Shown here piece after piece: positions 42,133 through 52,424 of a stretch of 64,000 bases of DNA. The stretch spans positions 186,001-250,000 of the forward strand of contig JAXLQJ010000001.1 of the NCBI GenBank assembly GCA_046331705.1, written 5' to 3'. The notes under the pieces are model-generated. The model worked only from the letters and a program-made list of their open reading frames with translations, was not told the origin of the DNA and searched no databases. A program made the position numbers and the translations under genes. This DNA comes from a bacterium. GTDB lineage: Bacteria > JADJOY01. Numbering within the stretch: position 1 is the stretch's first letter; every line of letters starts with the position of its first letter.

Positions 42133-43643
42133 CAAGTCCCTTCGGTCGCCGCGATGCCCGGCGGCCCGACGTTTCGGGAGGCGTCCGTAACGCCGCCCAC
42201 GTCCAGCCGCTTCCAGTAGGGGTACACCAACACCAGGTACACGCTCAACGCGGTCACGCCAGCCACCGGCAGGCGCAACGCGACCCGAGTTAACCAATCC
42301 GCCCACGGTAATGCAAAGAGGAGGCCGACCATGCAGGCGGCGCCGCCCAAGATCCGTGCGGCGGGGCGCCAGTGCGGCCAGCCTAAGTCCGCTCGCTTCC
42401 ACAGATAAATCGTCACGATCCAGACCGTGACCGAGGACGCGAGCGCGATCCCCTTCACACCCAAGGGCAAGAGCAGCAAATCCGACAACGTGTTGATGAC
42501 CAGCGCCAAGATCCCGAAGCGCGCTACCTCGCGCGTGTTGCGCTCCACGAAGTACATGCCCTTGATCCCCATCCCCGTGAGGCTCGCCGGCACGCCCACC
42601 GCATAGGCGATCACGGTCCCCGCCGCGATCGGCGCCTGGGAGGCCGTGAACTTGCCGTGCAAGAGGATGAGCGCGACGAGATCGTGCGCCGCCCAGATCA
42701 CCAGCACCGCGAGCGGCAGCCCCACGGACATCAGGAAGGTGGCCATCGCCGAGCCCACACGCCGCATGCTGCCTTCGGTGACGCGCGTTGCGGAGAGCTC
42801 GGGGATGAACACCGAGATGAAGCTCGTGGCCATGAGCACGGGCAGCGCCTTCGCGAGGCGATCGCCGAAGCCCAGGATCGAGATGCTGCCTTCCGGCAGG
42901 AACGAGGTGATGAAGCGGTCGACGAACGGGTTCGCCTGGTCGAGCAGCAAGAACACGCCGATGGTGGCCGCGCCGGCCTTGAGCGGTGCGAGGTCGCCGA
43001 GTCCCTCGAAGGGAGCGCTGATGGCGAGCACCGGGATGCGGTGGCGGCGGCTCGCATGGAGCAGGACCGCGAGCTGCGCCACGGCGGCGCCCACCAGGCC
43101 CACGGCGTAACCGCGCACTCCGAAGAGACCGCCCGCCACGAAGAGCGCGCCCATCGCCGCCACACGCCACACGGTGGCCGCGAGCTCGGGCTCGTAGAAC
43201 ACGCGCCGCGAGTAGAAGATGCTCTGGCCGATGCCGAAGAGCCCCAGGAGAAAGAACGACGGCGCCAGGATGCGCAGCAGATGACCACCCTCGACCAGCG
43301 CGGTCTCCGGCAGCTTCGGTGTGACGATGCGGGGAATCCACGGAGCGACTGCGAACAGCAGCAGCGTGGCGGCGGCCAGCACCACCAACCACCACGTCAT
43401 GAAGAGCTGGGGGACGCGCTCCCGTTTCGCCAGCGCGCTCTCCACCAGGAACGGGATCAGCACCATGCCGACGACGCGCGGCAACTCGCGCGCCAGGTTC
43501 ACCGCGATGAACATCGCGGTGTTGAGCGCGTCCATGTAGCCGTCGGTGGGAAGCACCCACGCGAGCGCCAGCCCCAGCACGAAGCCGAGGCCGGTGTTGA
43601 CCAGCTTGAGCGCCGACAGCGTGGCGCCCTTGCCGAGGCTCAT
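42132..43643 (-). CDS. MOP-superfamily flippase (MurJ/MviN-like)
   Basis: About 12-14 TM; VDRFITSFLPEGSISILGFGDRL, LHGKFT, GIALASS. Confidence 0.8.
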   Translation of the reverse strand: MSLGKGATLSALKLVNTGLGFVLGLALAWVLPTDGYMDALNTAMFIAVNLARELPRVVGMVLIPFLVESALAKRERVPQLFMTWWLVVLAAATLLLFAVAPWIPRIVTPKLPETALVEGGHLLRILAPSFFLLGLFGIGQSIFYSRRVFYEPELAATVWRVAAMGALFVAGGLFGVRGYAVGLVGAAVAQLAVLLHASRRHRIPVLAISAPFEGLGDLAPLKAGAATIGVFLLLDQANPFVDRFITSFLPEGSISILGFGDRLAKALPVLMATSFISVFIPELSATRVTEGSMRRVGSAMATFLMSVGLPLAVLVIWAAHDLVALILLHGKFTASQAPIAAGTVIAYAVGVPASLTGMGIKGMYFVERNTREVARFGILALVINTLSDLLLLPLGVKGIALASSVTVWIVTIYLWKRADLGWPHWRPAARILGGAACMVGLLFALPWADWLTRVALRLPVAGVTALSVYLVLVYPYWKRLDVGGVTDASRNVGPPGIAATEGT

Positions 43644-43650
43644 GACACGC

Positions 43651-44757
43651 TCACGCGGCCGCCCCGCCGCGACGACGTCGCGCCAGCACGGCGGCGTAGA
43701 GCTCCTCGTGGCGGGCGACCACGCCCGCGAGCGTGTAGTTGCGCTCGATCTCCGCGCGAGCAGCCGCGCCGCGGGCGCGGGCCGCGACGGGATCGGCAAG
43801 CGTGCTCTGGATCTCCGCCGCCATCGCCGCAGGGTCCGCCGGCGGCACCAGCCCGCCGATCGCGTCCAGAAGCTCGGGATTGCCGCCCACGCGCGTGGCC
43901 ACGATGGGCAAGGCCGCGCCCATCGCCTCGAGAACGGCGTTCGAGAGCCCTTCGCGATGGGACGGCGCGACGAAGAGGTCCGCTTCGGCGAGGATCGCGG
44001 CCACGTCGTCGCGATGGCCGAGGAACTCCACCTGCTCGGCCACGCCGACGCTGCGAGCGAGCGCCACGAGCGCGGCGCGCTCCGAACCGTCCCCGGCGAG
44101 GCGCGCGCGAAACGCGACACCGTGACGCGCCAGCTCGCCGAGGGCACGGATCAGCACGTCGAAGCCTTTCACGGGCTCGAGCCGCCCGACACCGACGATC
44201 TGCGGTGGCGCGCGAAAACCGATGGGGCGGTCGACTGCGGGCGCGAAGGCCTCGGCGGAGAGCCCGTTCGGAATGACGATCAGCCGGTCGCGATGAATCG
44301 GCATGAACCGCGCCAGGTGATCGCGAACCGCCCGCGACACGCAGATCACCCGATCGGTGAACGTGGTGAGCGCGACCTCCGGCAGGTAGGTCTTCCAGGG
44401 ACGCTCCCGAAAGCTCAGCGTGGCGTGGGTGTGGACGATGCCGGGCGAGCGCGCGGCGAGCGCGGCGGCTCGGCCGTAGGTGCCTCCCGAGAACATGTGC
44501 GTGTGAACCAGATCCACGCGCTGCTCGTGGATCAGCCGCACCAGCGCGGGCACGCGCCGGTACTTCGGGCGCACGTCGATCCGCACCACCGGGATGTCGT
44601 CGGCGGCGAGGGCATCGCCGAGGTCGCCGGGCAAGAAAGACGCCACGATCGGCGTGAAGCGCTCGCGATCCAAGCCGCGCACCAGCCGTACCAGCGCGGT
44701 CTCGCGACCGCCGAGGTGCAGGTGCTCGATGACGTGCAGGACGATCGCGGGGGGCAT
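43651..44757 (-). CDS. Glycosyltransferase family 4
   Basis: GGRE, VHTH, IPNG, VGRL..VKG, EGLSNAVLEAM. Confidence 0.9.
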   Translation of the reverse strand: MPPAIVLHVIEHLHLGGRETALVRLVRGLDRERFTPIVASFLPGDLGDALAADDIPVVRIDVRPKYRRVPALVRLIHEQRVDLVHTHMFSGGTYGRAAALAARSPGIVHTHATLSFRERPWKTYLPEVALTTFTDRVICVSRAVRDHLARFMPIHRDRLIVIPNGLSAEAFAPAVDRPIGFRAPPQIVGVGRLEPVKGFDVLIRALGELARHGVAFRARLAGDGSERAALVALARSVGVAEQVEFLGHRDDVAAILAEADLFVAPSHREGLSNAVLEAMGAALPIVATRVGGNPELLDAIGGLVPPADPAAMAAEIQSTLADPVAARARGAAARAEIERNYTLAGVVARHEELYAAVLARRRRGGAAA

Positions 44758-44762
44758 ACCGG

Positions 44763-46295
44763 TCAGTGCTCGCCGGGACGCAAGCTCGGCGCCCAGCCCG
44801 GCGCGCGACCGCCGCCGATCCCGGGGCTCTCGAGGGGCGTGGGCTCGATGGCGGGAGGCGGCGCGCTGCCGTGGCCGTCCTCGGCCGCCGCGTTCGCGTA
44901 CTGCGCCCACTGCTGCGCGTGGGTGATCGCCGCCAGCTCGCGACGCGAGCGCTCGCTCAGCGCCCGAATCGTCGCCAGCATGAGCCACAGGTACTTGTTG
45001 AGCGCCATGACCTGGAACATGCCGAGCATCAGCAAGCCGATCAGCGCCAGCAGCACCGCGCGTGCGTGCAGCCCCACCTCTCCGGTCATCCGCCGCAGCC
45101 GCCACGCGGAGCGCAACGAAGCGAAGAGGAACCCGCCGAAGATCACCGCGCCCACGACACCGCCCTCGGTCACCACCGTCAGGTACATGTTGTGCGCGAC
45201 GCGCTCCATGCCGATCAGCGACACCTCCTGCTGATACTCGGCGCGCGCGTGCAGCACGCGGAAGTTCCCGGGGCCCGCCCCGAACACCGGATGGTCGGCG
45301 AGGATTCGCGCCCCCACCCGCAGGTAGTTGGTGCGACGCCAGAGCGAGATGTCCTGCTGGCCGCTCGTGTCGAAGGCGAAGAGCGTGGCCATGCGCTCCC
45401 AGTAGCGGCCGGGGACCGCCGGCAGGCTCGCCACCACCAGCAACAGCGCCGTTGCGAACCACGCCGGGTGGATCTTCTTCCACGACATGGCGGTGAAGAG
45501 GAGCAACATCGTCCCCATCACCAGGAACGCCGAACGCGAGAACGTCAGCACCAAGCCCGTCATCATGAGCCCGGCGCCCACGAAACCCCAGAAACGTGCG
45601 CGCCCGCGCCGCCCCACGATCGCGAACAGCGAGACCGAGAGCGGCAGCAGCAGAAAGGTGGCGAAGAGGTTCGGCGAGATGCTGGATGCGCCGGTGATGC
45701 GCGTGATGCTGTCGGAGACGTCTCCCTCGCTCGACATCGTCGAGAACGGGTTGTTGCCGGTGAGGTAGGTGCCGATGCCGATCGCGACCGAGATGCCCAC
45801 CGTGATGCGCACCGTGGCGAGCAGCCGCTTCTGCCAGACCGCCTCGACGAAGCTGCGACTCAGCACCAGGTAGAAGAGCCACATGCTGAGGCTGCGCCGG
45901 AAATCGTTGAGCGCGGTGGGGCGATCCACGGCAATCAGCACGCCGAGCGCCGAGTAGATCGCCCAGATCAGCAGCCAGCGGTCGATGGCGTGCAGCGACA
46001 CGCGGCGGTCGTAGCTGACCAGGTAGCGCAGAAAGAGGATCGCGGTCGCGGCTGGAAACAAGAGCTTGGTGAACGTGAGCGCCGCCGCCGTCTGACCGGG
46101 CAGCACCGCGAACACGTCGAGCGGGATGAGCGCGATCATCCCGAGCAGGATCGCTTGTGGGTTGCGGAACGCGAACGGCGCCAGCGCGAGCACGCCGGGC
46201 ATCGCGAGCAGCGCCCACGACTTCGCACCCAGCGCGAACGCCACCGCGACGATGGCGAGGCTGAGCAAGAACGCAGCGATGAAGACGAGAGCCAT
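44763..46295 (-). CDS. O-antigen ligase/Wzy polymerase family
   Basis: RITG..SPN.FA, TFSRSA, HPVFGAGPGNF, AHNMYL...EGG..G. Confidence 0.85.
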   Translation of the reverse strand: MALVFIAAFLLSLAIVAVAFALGAKSWALLAMPGVLALAPFAFRNPQAILLGMIALIPLDVFAVLPGQTAAALTFTKLLFPAATAILFLRYLVSYDRRVSLHAIDRWLLIWAIYSALGVLIAVDRPTALNDFRRSLSMWLFYLVLSRSFVEAVWQKRLLATVRITVGISVAIGIGTYLTGNNPFSTMSSEGDVSDSITRITGASSISPNLFATFLLLPLSVSLFAIVGRRGRARFWGFVGAGLMMTGLVLTFSRSAFLVMGTMLLLFTAMSWKKIHPAWFATALLLVVASLPAVPGRYWERMATLFAFDTSGQQDISLWRRTNYLRVGARILADHPVFGAGPGNFRVLHARAEYQQEVSLIGMERVAHNMYLTVVTEGGVVGAVIFGGFLFASLRSAWRLRRMTGEVGLHARAVLLALIGLLMLGMFQVMALNKYLWLMLATIRALSERSRRELAAITHAQQWAQYANAAAEDGHGSAPPPAIEPTPLESPGIGGGRAPGWAPSLRPGEH

Positions 46296-46405
46296 GCCTC
46301 AGGGGCCCGGGCGCGAGCCGCGGCGGCGGTTGCGCCTCGCGGGCGGCGGGGGACGGGAGCGGACCGCCGAGGAAGCGACCGCGACAGGCTCGGGACCGCT
46401 TGGGC

Positions 46406-47929
46406 TCAAGCCGTCTGCTCGAGCGGGTAGGTCGCGAGCACCGGGACCCCCAGCTCTCGCACGATCTGCTCGGGCAGCTTGAACGAGTCGTCGAGCAGCT
46501 CGAACAGCACCGCTGCCACCACGCCCAGGAAGAGCCCCACCGCGAACGAGAGCGGGATCAGCGTGCCGCGCTGCGGAAAGAGCGGGCTCGGGCTCACGTA
46601 CGGCTCCGAGATCACCGCCACGTTGGGCAGCAAGCTCGAGCGGAGCTGGTTGTAGACGTCGACCTCGCCTTCCTTGCGTTGGAACTGATTCACCTGCTCG
46701 AGCGCGATCTTGCGACGTTGCTCGAGCACCGATAACCGCTGCTCGGCCTCTTCGACCGCGGGAATCTTGTTCTTGAGGTCGGTGATCTGCGCGGTGAGCT
46801 GTTGCTTGCGGCTGCGCACGCTGGTGAGATCGTTGCTCAGGAACTCGGTGACGATGGCCTTGTACTGGCCCGACAGCGTGCCGAGCTCGCGGTCCACCGC
46901 CTGCACCATCGGGCTGGTGGGGCTGAAGTTGCGGAGCATCTCGGCGCGCTGGCCCTCGAGCTGTCCCATGCGTGCGCTGATCTCCCGCAACATGGGGTCC
47001 GAGGAGGTGCCGTCGACGCCGAGCGCCCGGATGCCGCGCGCGCTGGAAGCCTGAGCGCGGCTCGCCAAGCTCACCAACTCGTCCTCGCGCACGTCGAGCT
47101 TGTTCAGCTCCGTGATCATCTCGCCGAGCTGCTTCACGAGGCGGTTCTTCTCCTCGGTGGGCGCGACGAGCGTGGGGTCGGCCTTGATGCGCTGGATCTC
47201 CTGGTTGACCGCATCGAGCTCCGCGAGCCTGAGATCGGTTTGCTTGCGATAGAACTCGGGCGCCGCCGCGTTGCTCCAGATCGCGCTGCGCTGCTCGGTG
47301 TAGACGCGCAGGTAGGTCTTGAGGATCTCCTCGGTCAGATGACCGTCGAAGTGTTTGACTCGGATGTCGATCACGTCGTTGCCGACGCCGGGGCTCACCT
47401 CGACGATCGCGCGCAGCGCCGGGATGAGCGGATCGCCCGGCAGCTTTCCCTGGCTGTCGGCGGGATCGGGCTCCTTCACGACCAGCGCCTTGAGCGCGTG
47501 TGGCGCGCCGCCGATGGCGCGGGTGACGGCGCGCAGCCAACGCGGCTCGGCCTCTTCCGCCCACGAGAACCGCAGCTCGTCGTGGCGGGTGCGCAGATCG
47601 GCGAGCACCCGGTCGGCGAGCGTGGCGCTCGACAGGATGCGTTGCTCGTTCGCGACCATCTGCGGCGTCACCGGGCGCATGCCGGTCTGGACCATCGAGC
47701 CCGGCACGATCGCCGAGGTGTCCACGTCGCTGCCCTTCACGATCACCGAGAAGCTGCCCGAGTAGATCTTGGGCAAGGTGAAGCAGAGCACCGTGGTGAC
47801 GACGACGGTCACGGCGACCAGCCACACGATCAGCCGCTTGTGCAGGAACACCATCACCAGCAGCAGCCGCGCCAGCTCGGACGGCCGCTGTTGCGACGGC
47901 GTCTCGTCGAACGCCGTCGGGATCGGCAT
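46406..47929 (-). CDS. Polysaccharide co-polymerase (GumC/Wzc N-terminal, Wzz-like)
   Basis: Two TM segments flanking a coiled coil; PKIY, P..P.FP; alternative GTG start 47977 overlaps OPX stop. Confidence 0.85.
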   Translation of the reverse strand: MPIPTAFDETPSQQRPSELARLLLVMVFLHKRLIVWLVAVTVVVTTVLCFTLPKIYSGSFSVIVKGSDVDTSAIVPGSMVQTGMRPVTPQMVANEQRILSSATLADRVLADLRTRHDELRFSWAEEAEPRWLRAVTRAIGGAPHALKALVVKEPDPADSQGKLPGDPLIPALRAIVEVSPGVGNDVIDIRVKHFDGHLTEEILKTYLRVYTEQRSAIWSNAAAPEFYRKQTDLRLAELDAVNQEIQRIKADPTLVAPTEEKNRLVKQLGEMITELNKLDVREDELVSLASRAQASSARGIRALGVDGTSSDPMLREISARMGQLEGQRAEMLRNFSPTSPMVQAVDRELGTLSGQYKAIVTEFLSNDLTSVRSRKQQLTAQITDLKNKIPAVEEAEQRLSVLEQRRKIALEQVNQFQRKEGEVDVYNQLRSSLLPNVAVISEPYVSPSPLFPQRGTLIPLSFAVGLFLGVVAAVLFELLDDSFKLPEQIVRELGVPVLATYPLEQTA

Positions 47930-47973
47930 CCCTGGAAAGCCGGGCGGTAGTCCCGCCGTGGGTCGATTCGCGA

Positions 47974-49023
47974 TCACGGGTTCTGGGTGATGACCTTGGT
48001 GCCGTTCTGCGTCGCTTCCAGCAGGTTGTACGAGAAGCTCACGCTGTAACCGCGGAAGAACGTGATCGCCGCGAGCCGACTCGAGAGGTACGCGAGATCG
48101 GTGACGCGCGAGCGCGGGATCCACACCACGTCACCCGGCATCACCACCGCGACGTTTCCGTCCTTGTCGGCGTTGAGCGGATCGGTGAGGTCCACGCGGC
48201 GGACGATCACGTCCTTGCCGGCGGCGCGCATGGTGATGACCTCGTCGGGAAGTGCATCGATGGTGAACCCGCCCGCGAGCGCCACCGCTTCGAGCACCGT
48301 GCGCGGGCGCTCCATGCGATAGGCACCCGGGCTGCGCACGTCACCGAGCACGAACACCTTGGCGCCTTCGCTCTGGGTGAGGCCGACGTTGACGGTCAGT
48401 CGATCGTAGACGCGTCCGTATTCCGTCGAGACCGCCTCCGAGAGCTCCGCGAGGGTCCGTCCGCCGGCCTGGATGTCGCCGACGATCGGGAACGTGGCGC
48501 CGCCGTCGGGGCGCACGATGATCCGGCGCACCGGGCCGTTGTCGCTGCTCGACACGGACTTGAGGAGCTCCTGGGTCGCGGCGTCGAATTGCTTGACCGA
48601 GATGTAGATGTCGGGATCGCGCAGCGTGCCCTTGTATGCGTTGCGCACCTCGTCCACCAGCTCGGACGGGCTCTTGCCCGCGGCAATCACGTCTCCCAGG
48701 TAGGGCAACGAGATCTTTCCGTCGGGGCGGATCGTCTGCGCGGAGTCGAACGTGGGCAGGGTGGGGAAGCGGATGTCGAGCTGGTCGCGGATCTGCAGCA
48801 GGTACTTGGGCCGAAGCTCGTCGCGGACGGCGTAGAGCACGCTCAGCTCGTCGCCCGGTGCGATCCGGTATTCCGGCACCTTGTCGAGCGTGGCGACACC
48901 CTCTCCCGCGGCGCCCTTCATGGGATCGAAGAGCGGCAGGTTCACGGGTTCCTTGGGTGCGCAGCCGCCGAACAAGAGGATCGGCAACGCGGCAACGGCG
49001 GCGATCCGCACGAGCTTGCTCAT
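47974..49023 (-). CDS. Polysaccharide export lipoprotein (OPX/Wza family)
   Basis: FGGC lipobox; YRIAPGD, IRPDGKISLPYLG, VRPDGGATFPIVG, SLBB VFVLGDV..PG; AAAGGA RBS. Confidence 0.88.
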   Translation of the reverse strand: MSKLVRIAAVAALPILLFGGCAPKEPVNLPLFDPMKGAAGEGVATLDKVPEYRIAPGDELSVLYAVRDELRPKYLLQIRDQLDIRFPTLPTFDSAQTIRPDGKISLPYLGDVIAAGKSPSELVDEVRNAYKGTLRDPDIYISVKQFDAATQELLKSVSSSDNGPVRRIIVRPDGGATFPIVGDIQAGGRTLAELSEAVSTEYGRVYDRLTVNVGLTQSEGAKVFVLGDVRSPGAYRMERPRTVLEAVALAGGFTIDALPDEVITMRAAGKDVIVRRVDLTDPLNADKDGNVAVVMPGDVVWIPRSRVTDLAYLSSRLAAITFFRGYSVSFSYNLLEATQNGTKVITQNP

Positions 49024-49250
49024 GGAGGTTCCTTTCCGGAGGAGAGCGAGACGTCGCCGAGGATGCGCTGCGCGCGAGGCCGAGTAAAGCCGCCGAGCCT
49101 CTCGGGGGTCCGTTCCAGCCCCCCGCCTGCCCGTGAGATGACCACGGCTGGGCCGTCCCACCAGTCGCTCGCACGGCTCGCGCGGCGCTCTTGGCGCCGG
49201 GAGCGATCGACGGCGCGCGTGCAGAACGGTGCGCCGAGCGAGGAAACGTG

Positions 49251-50594
49251 TCACGCGATACTGCTCCGGAGCACGTACTGATCGACGATGTAGCGATTGA
49301 GGTGCGTCACCGGCTCGTAGAAGACGACGATGGAGCGACCGTCGCCGTTCGCGTCCGGCGACTCCGCGGGCGGCGGCGCGGGATTGCGCTCGCCACCGTC
49401 GGAGCGCGCGTTCGCATCCCCGTTCGGCCCCTGCTGCACGCGATACACGAACCCCCTGCAGCGCGCGCGCTTGCGGCGACCGGAGCGCGGGCTGTAGGTC
49501 TCGAGCACCACGTACACCTCCTGGTTCTTCTCCAGGGGCAACGGGCTGACCAGGCAGAGCGCCTCGTGGTTGATGTCGATGAGCTCGCACGAAACCGGCA
49601 GCCGCACGCGGAACGACTCGTCGGTCAGGAACGCCTCGACGTCCTCGCGCGCCACGCGACGGGTGACCCGCTTGTTGGTGAGCGCCGACACGGCGAGCGT
49701 CTTGCGAACCAGCGACCACTGCGACTGCACGATACGAAGCTCGTCCGCGGCCGCGTTGAAGGTCTCGCGCAGGGTGTTGCGCAGCACCGTGAGCGCCGTG
49801 GTGAAGATGAAGCCGACGTCGCGAAACGGGCTCGAGCCCCGCGTGAGGAAGCGGTAGTCGATCCGCGATCGGATCTGCTTGGGCGTCGAGTGCGGGGTGA
49901 AGAACTGCGAGTATCCCGTGAGCCCCGGCCGCACCAGGAAGGTGCGGTCGTAGTTGGGGATCATCTGGCGATAGCGCTCGTAGGCTTCGGGACGAACCGG
50001 ACGCGGACCCACGAAGTCCATGTCGCCGCGGATGATGTTGACGAGCTGCGGCAGCTCGTCGAGACGCGTGGCGCGCAGGAAGCGGCCGAACGCCGACTCG
50101 AGCTTGCCGTTGGGGACGTGCAGGTTGGCGCCCAGCTCGCGCTCGGCGTTTCGCGACAGCGTGCGGATCTTGTAGATGGTGAAGATCCGCTTGCCCTTGC
50201 CGAGACGCCGCCCCTTGTAGATGAACTGGCCGCGATCGTCCTCGAAGAGGTGATGCAGGACCCACAGCACCGCGATCACGAACGACGCGGGGACGAGGAA
50301 GAAGGCGGCGAGCGAGACGTTCACGACGCGGCGCAGACCATCGGCGCGCTCGCGCTCGAGCAAGGCAAGCGCCGTGCGATCGATGCGCGCGTCGGTGCGC
50401 GGCGTCGCGAGCGTCCCTGGCGCCGCCGGCGCGTCGGGGGGACGCGGGAACGGCACGACCCGGCCCCGTTCGGTGCCGCGGCCGAGGACGGTGGTGGTGG
50501 TTCGCGGGTTGCGCAGCGTGCCGCTGCGACGCGGCGACAGCGAGCCGGCACGGGTGGCTCGTGGCGCGTCGGGTTGGCGAATGGGCTCGGCCAC
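49251..50594 (-). CDS. Priming phosphoglycosyl transferase (bacterial sugar transferase) with C-terminal PilZ-like domain
   Basis: F.IYKIRT, GRFLRATRLDELPQL.NI..GDM.FVGPRP, RPGLTG; tail with RRVAR ... DINHEALCL. Confidence 0.85.
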   Translation of the reverse strand: MAEPIRQPDAPRATRAGSLSPRRSGTLRNPRTTTTVLGRGTERGRVVPFPRPPDAPAAPGTLATPRTDARIDRTALALLERERADGLRRVVNVSLAAFFLVPASFVIAVLWVLHHLFEDDRGQFIYKGRRLGKGKRIFTIYKIRTLSRNAERELGANLHVPNGKLESAFGRFLRATRLDELPQLVNIIRGDMDFVGPRPVRPEAYERYRQMIPNYDRTFLVRPGLTGYSQFFTPHSTPKQIRSRIDYRFLTRGSSPFRDVGFIFTTALTVLRNTLRETFNAAADELRIVQSQWSLVRKTLAVSALTNKRVTRRVAREDVEAFLTDESFRVRLPVSCELIDINHEALCLVSPLPLEKNQEVYVVLETYSPRSGRRKRARCRGFVYRVQQGPNGDANARSDGGERNPAPPPAESPDANGDGRSIVVFYEPVTHLNRYIVDQYVLRSSIA

Positions 50595-50818
50595 GTCTGC
50601 CTCTAGTGCATCTGGGCCCTCACGGGGCCCAAGAGTCGGGATCGAAAAGGAGAAAGCGTCATACTAGCTCCGCGCCTGAGCGCAGGTCGCGCGCGGAACG
50701 TAAAATTTTGTCACGCTGCGTCGTGACCTCCGCAAGCCGCCTCTGGTCGACGCCCAGGCCGCGCGGCGAGCGGACGCTACGCCCGGCGGACGTCGACGAA
50801 CGCTCGGCGGCCGAGGGT

Positions 50819-51652
50819 TCAGCCCACGAACTTGTAGCCTTCGCCGTAGACCGAGAGGATGAACCGCGGGTTGCCGGGCTCGCCCTCGAGCTTCTGGCGA
50901 AGCTTCAAGATGTGGTTGTCGACCGTCCGGGTGTTGGGCACGACCTGGTAGCCCCAGATCTCGGTGAGCAGCTTGTCGCGGCTCACGATCTGCCCTCGGC
51001 TCCGGATCAGCATGCGCAAGATCTCGAACTCTTTCGGGGTCAGATCGACGTGCTGGCCGGCCTTGGTGACTCGGCAGCGCTCGAAGTCGACCTCGATGTC
51101 CTCGAACCGATACCCCGGCTGCTGCTCCGACGGCCGCACCGGGTCGCGCCGCAACCGGGCGCGGATCCGGGCCACCAGCTCGCGCACGCCGAACGGCTTG
51201 GTCACGTAGTCGTCGGCGCCCAGCTCGAGGCCGAGCACCTTGTCGATCTCCTCGGAGCGCGCCGTCAGCATGATGATGGGCGTGGCGATGCCCTGCTTGC
51301 GCAGCTCGCGACACACGTCGAGGCCGCTGGTGCCCGGCATGTTCACGTCGAGCAGGATCAAGTCCGGCTTGCCCGAGAGCGCGAGATCCAACCCGGCCTG
51401 GCCGCGCGATGCGCGCAGCACCTTGTAGCCGTCGCGCAACAGGTGGACCTCCAAGCCTTGGGCGAGATCCTCGTCGTCGTCGACGATGAGGACGGTGTGC
51501 TTGTGCGCCGGGCTGGTCTGCGACTCGACGCGCGGCGACGCGGCGGTCGAAGTCGACGCCGACGGCGGCAGTCCCGGCCGCGCCGGCGCCCGCGGCTCCA
51601 AGCGACGCACCTTGTTCGGGTCTACATCCCGCAGGGGATCGCGCTGGGTCAT
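50819..51652 (-). CDS. OmpR/PhoB-family response regulator (no cognate kinase in window)
   Basis: VLIVDDD, LLDVNMP, LTAR, GADDYVTKPF, LTPKEF, RTVDNHI..LR.K, GEGYKF; start uncertain. Confidence 0.9.
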   Translation of the reverse strand: MTQRDPLRDVDPNKVRRLEPRAPARPGLPPSASTSTAASPRVESQTSPAHKHTVLIVDDDEDLAQGLEVHLLRDGYKVLRASRGQAGLDLALSGKPDLILLDVNMPGTSGLDVCRELRKQGIATPIIMLTARSEEIDKVLGLELGADDYVTKPFGVRELVARIRARLRRDPVRPSEQQPGYRFEDIEVDFERCRVTKAGQHVDLTPKEFEILRMLIRSRGQIVSRDKLLTEIWGYQVVPNTRTVDNHILKLRQKLEGEPGNPRFILSVYGEGYKFVG

Positions 51653-52011
51653 GGTCGCGTTGAACGAATTACCAGAGCCGCCGTCGGACGGCGACCAATA
51701 TGCCGCATCCGCGCGCTGTGCGGAGCGCCACATACGTTCCATTCCGTCTCGTTCCATGAACCGCGCCTCCCTGTGTCTCCTCACCGCATCGGTGAGTCTG
51801 AAGCCAACGCTCGGCAGCCACCACGGAAGCAAGCGGGGCGCCATTTCTTGGAAACATTTGAAATCCCTGGAGTTTCTCACTCGAAGCGCGCGAGGAGACC
51901 CGCCCCCGAAGGGGGTTGGTGACAATTGGATCTGACGGAAGTCGTCAAATATCCGGCGATGACCGACCGGTCGCTCGGTCTGTCGCGGTTGGTCTGCGTG
52001 TGGGTCCAAAC

Positions 52012-52025
52012 GTCACGAGTGTGAC
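52012..52025. promoter_or_regulatory. Palindromic GTCA-N6-TGAC box, candidate enhancer-binding-protein site
   Basis: GTCACGAGTGTGAC, 112 bp upstream of the sigma54 element. Confidence 0.5.
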
Positions 52026-52123
52026 TGTCCGTCAAGATCGATCTGACCGCGTTGGCTTCTCGTCGGGGGTTACGAATGGCGAGAGGGCGCGGATTCTTTC
52101 GACTTCTGACGATTCGTGACGAT

Positions 52124-52139
52124 TGGCCCGCCGGTTGCT
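52124..52139 (+). promoter_or_regulatory. Sigma54 -24/-12 promoter
   Basis: TGGCCCG-CCGG-TTGCT with exact GG-N10-GC spacing; paralleled at 55904. Confidence 0.72.
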
Positions 52140-52247
52140 CTAGCCCGGATCAGCACGAGCACGGGAACGTCGCAGGGGCGATCGATCCACACGGCTCGTG
52201 CGGTTCTTCACGAACCGGGTCAGCCAGGGGGCATGCCAGCGAATTCG

Positions 52248-52340
52248 ACTCCTCGATAAAGGCAAACCACTCGAAAGAGTGGGACGCAAAGCCACTGGCC
52301 CTCCCTCCCCCACGGGAGCGGGTCGCAGGGCTGCCGAGCA
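52248..52340 (+). ncRNA. c-di-GMP-I (GEMM-I) riboswitch
   Basis: GGCAAACCACTC-GAAA-GAGTGGGACGCAAAGCC...GCAGGGCTGCCGAG; P1 CTCG/CGAG; 85 nt before ATG 52425. Confidence 0.92.
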
Positions 52341-52424
52341 GACGCGGCGACTCATCCAGAGCCGGTCCCGTCGCGCGGCGTCGCGGACGTCCGTCGGGCC
52401 CCGTGCTCTCGGGAGGAGACGCCG

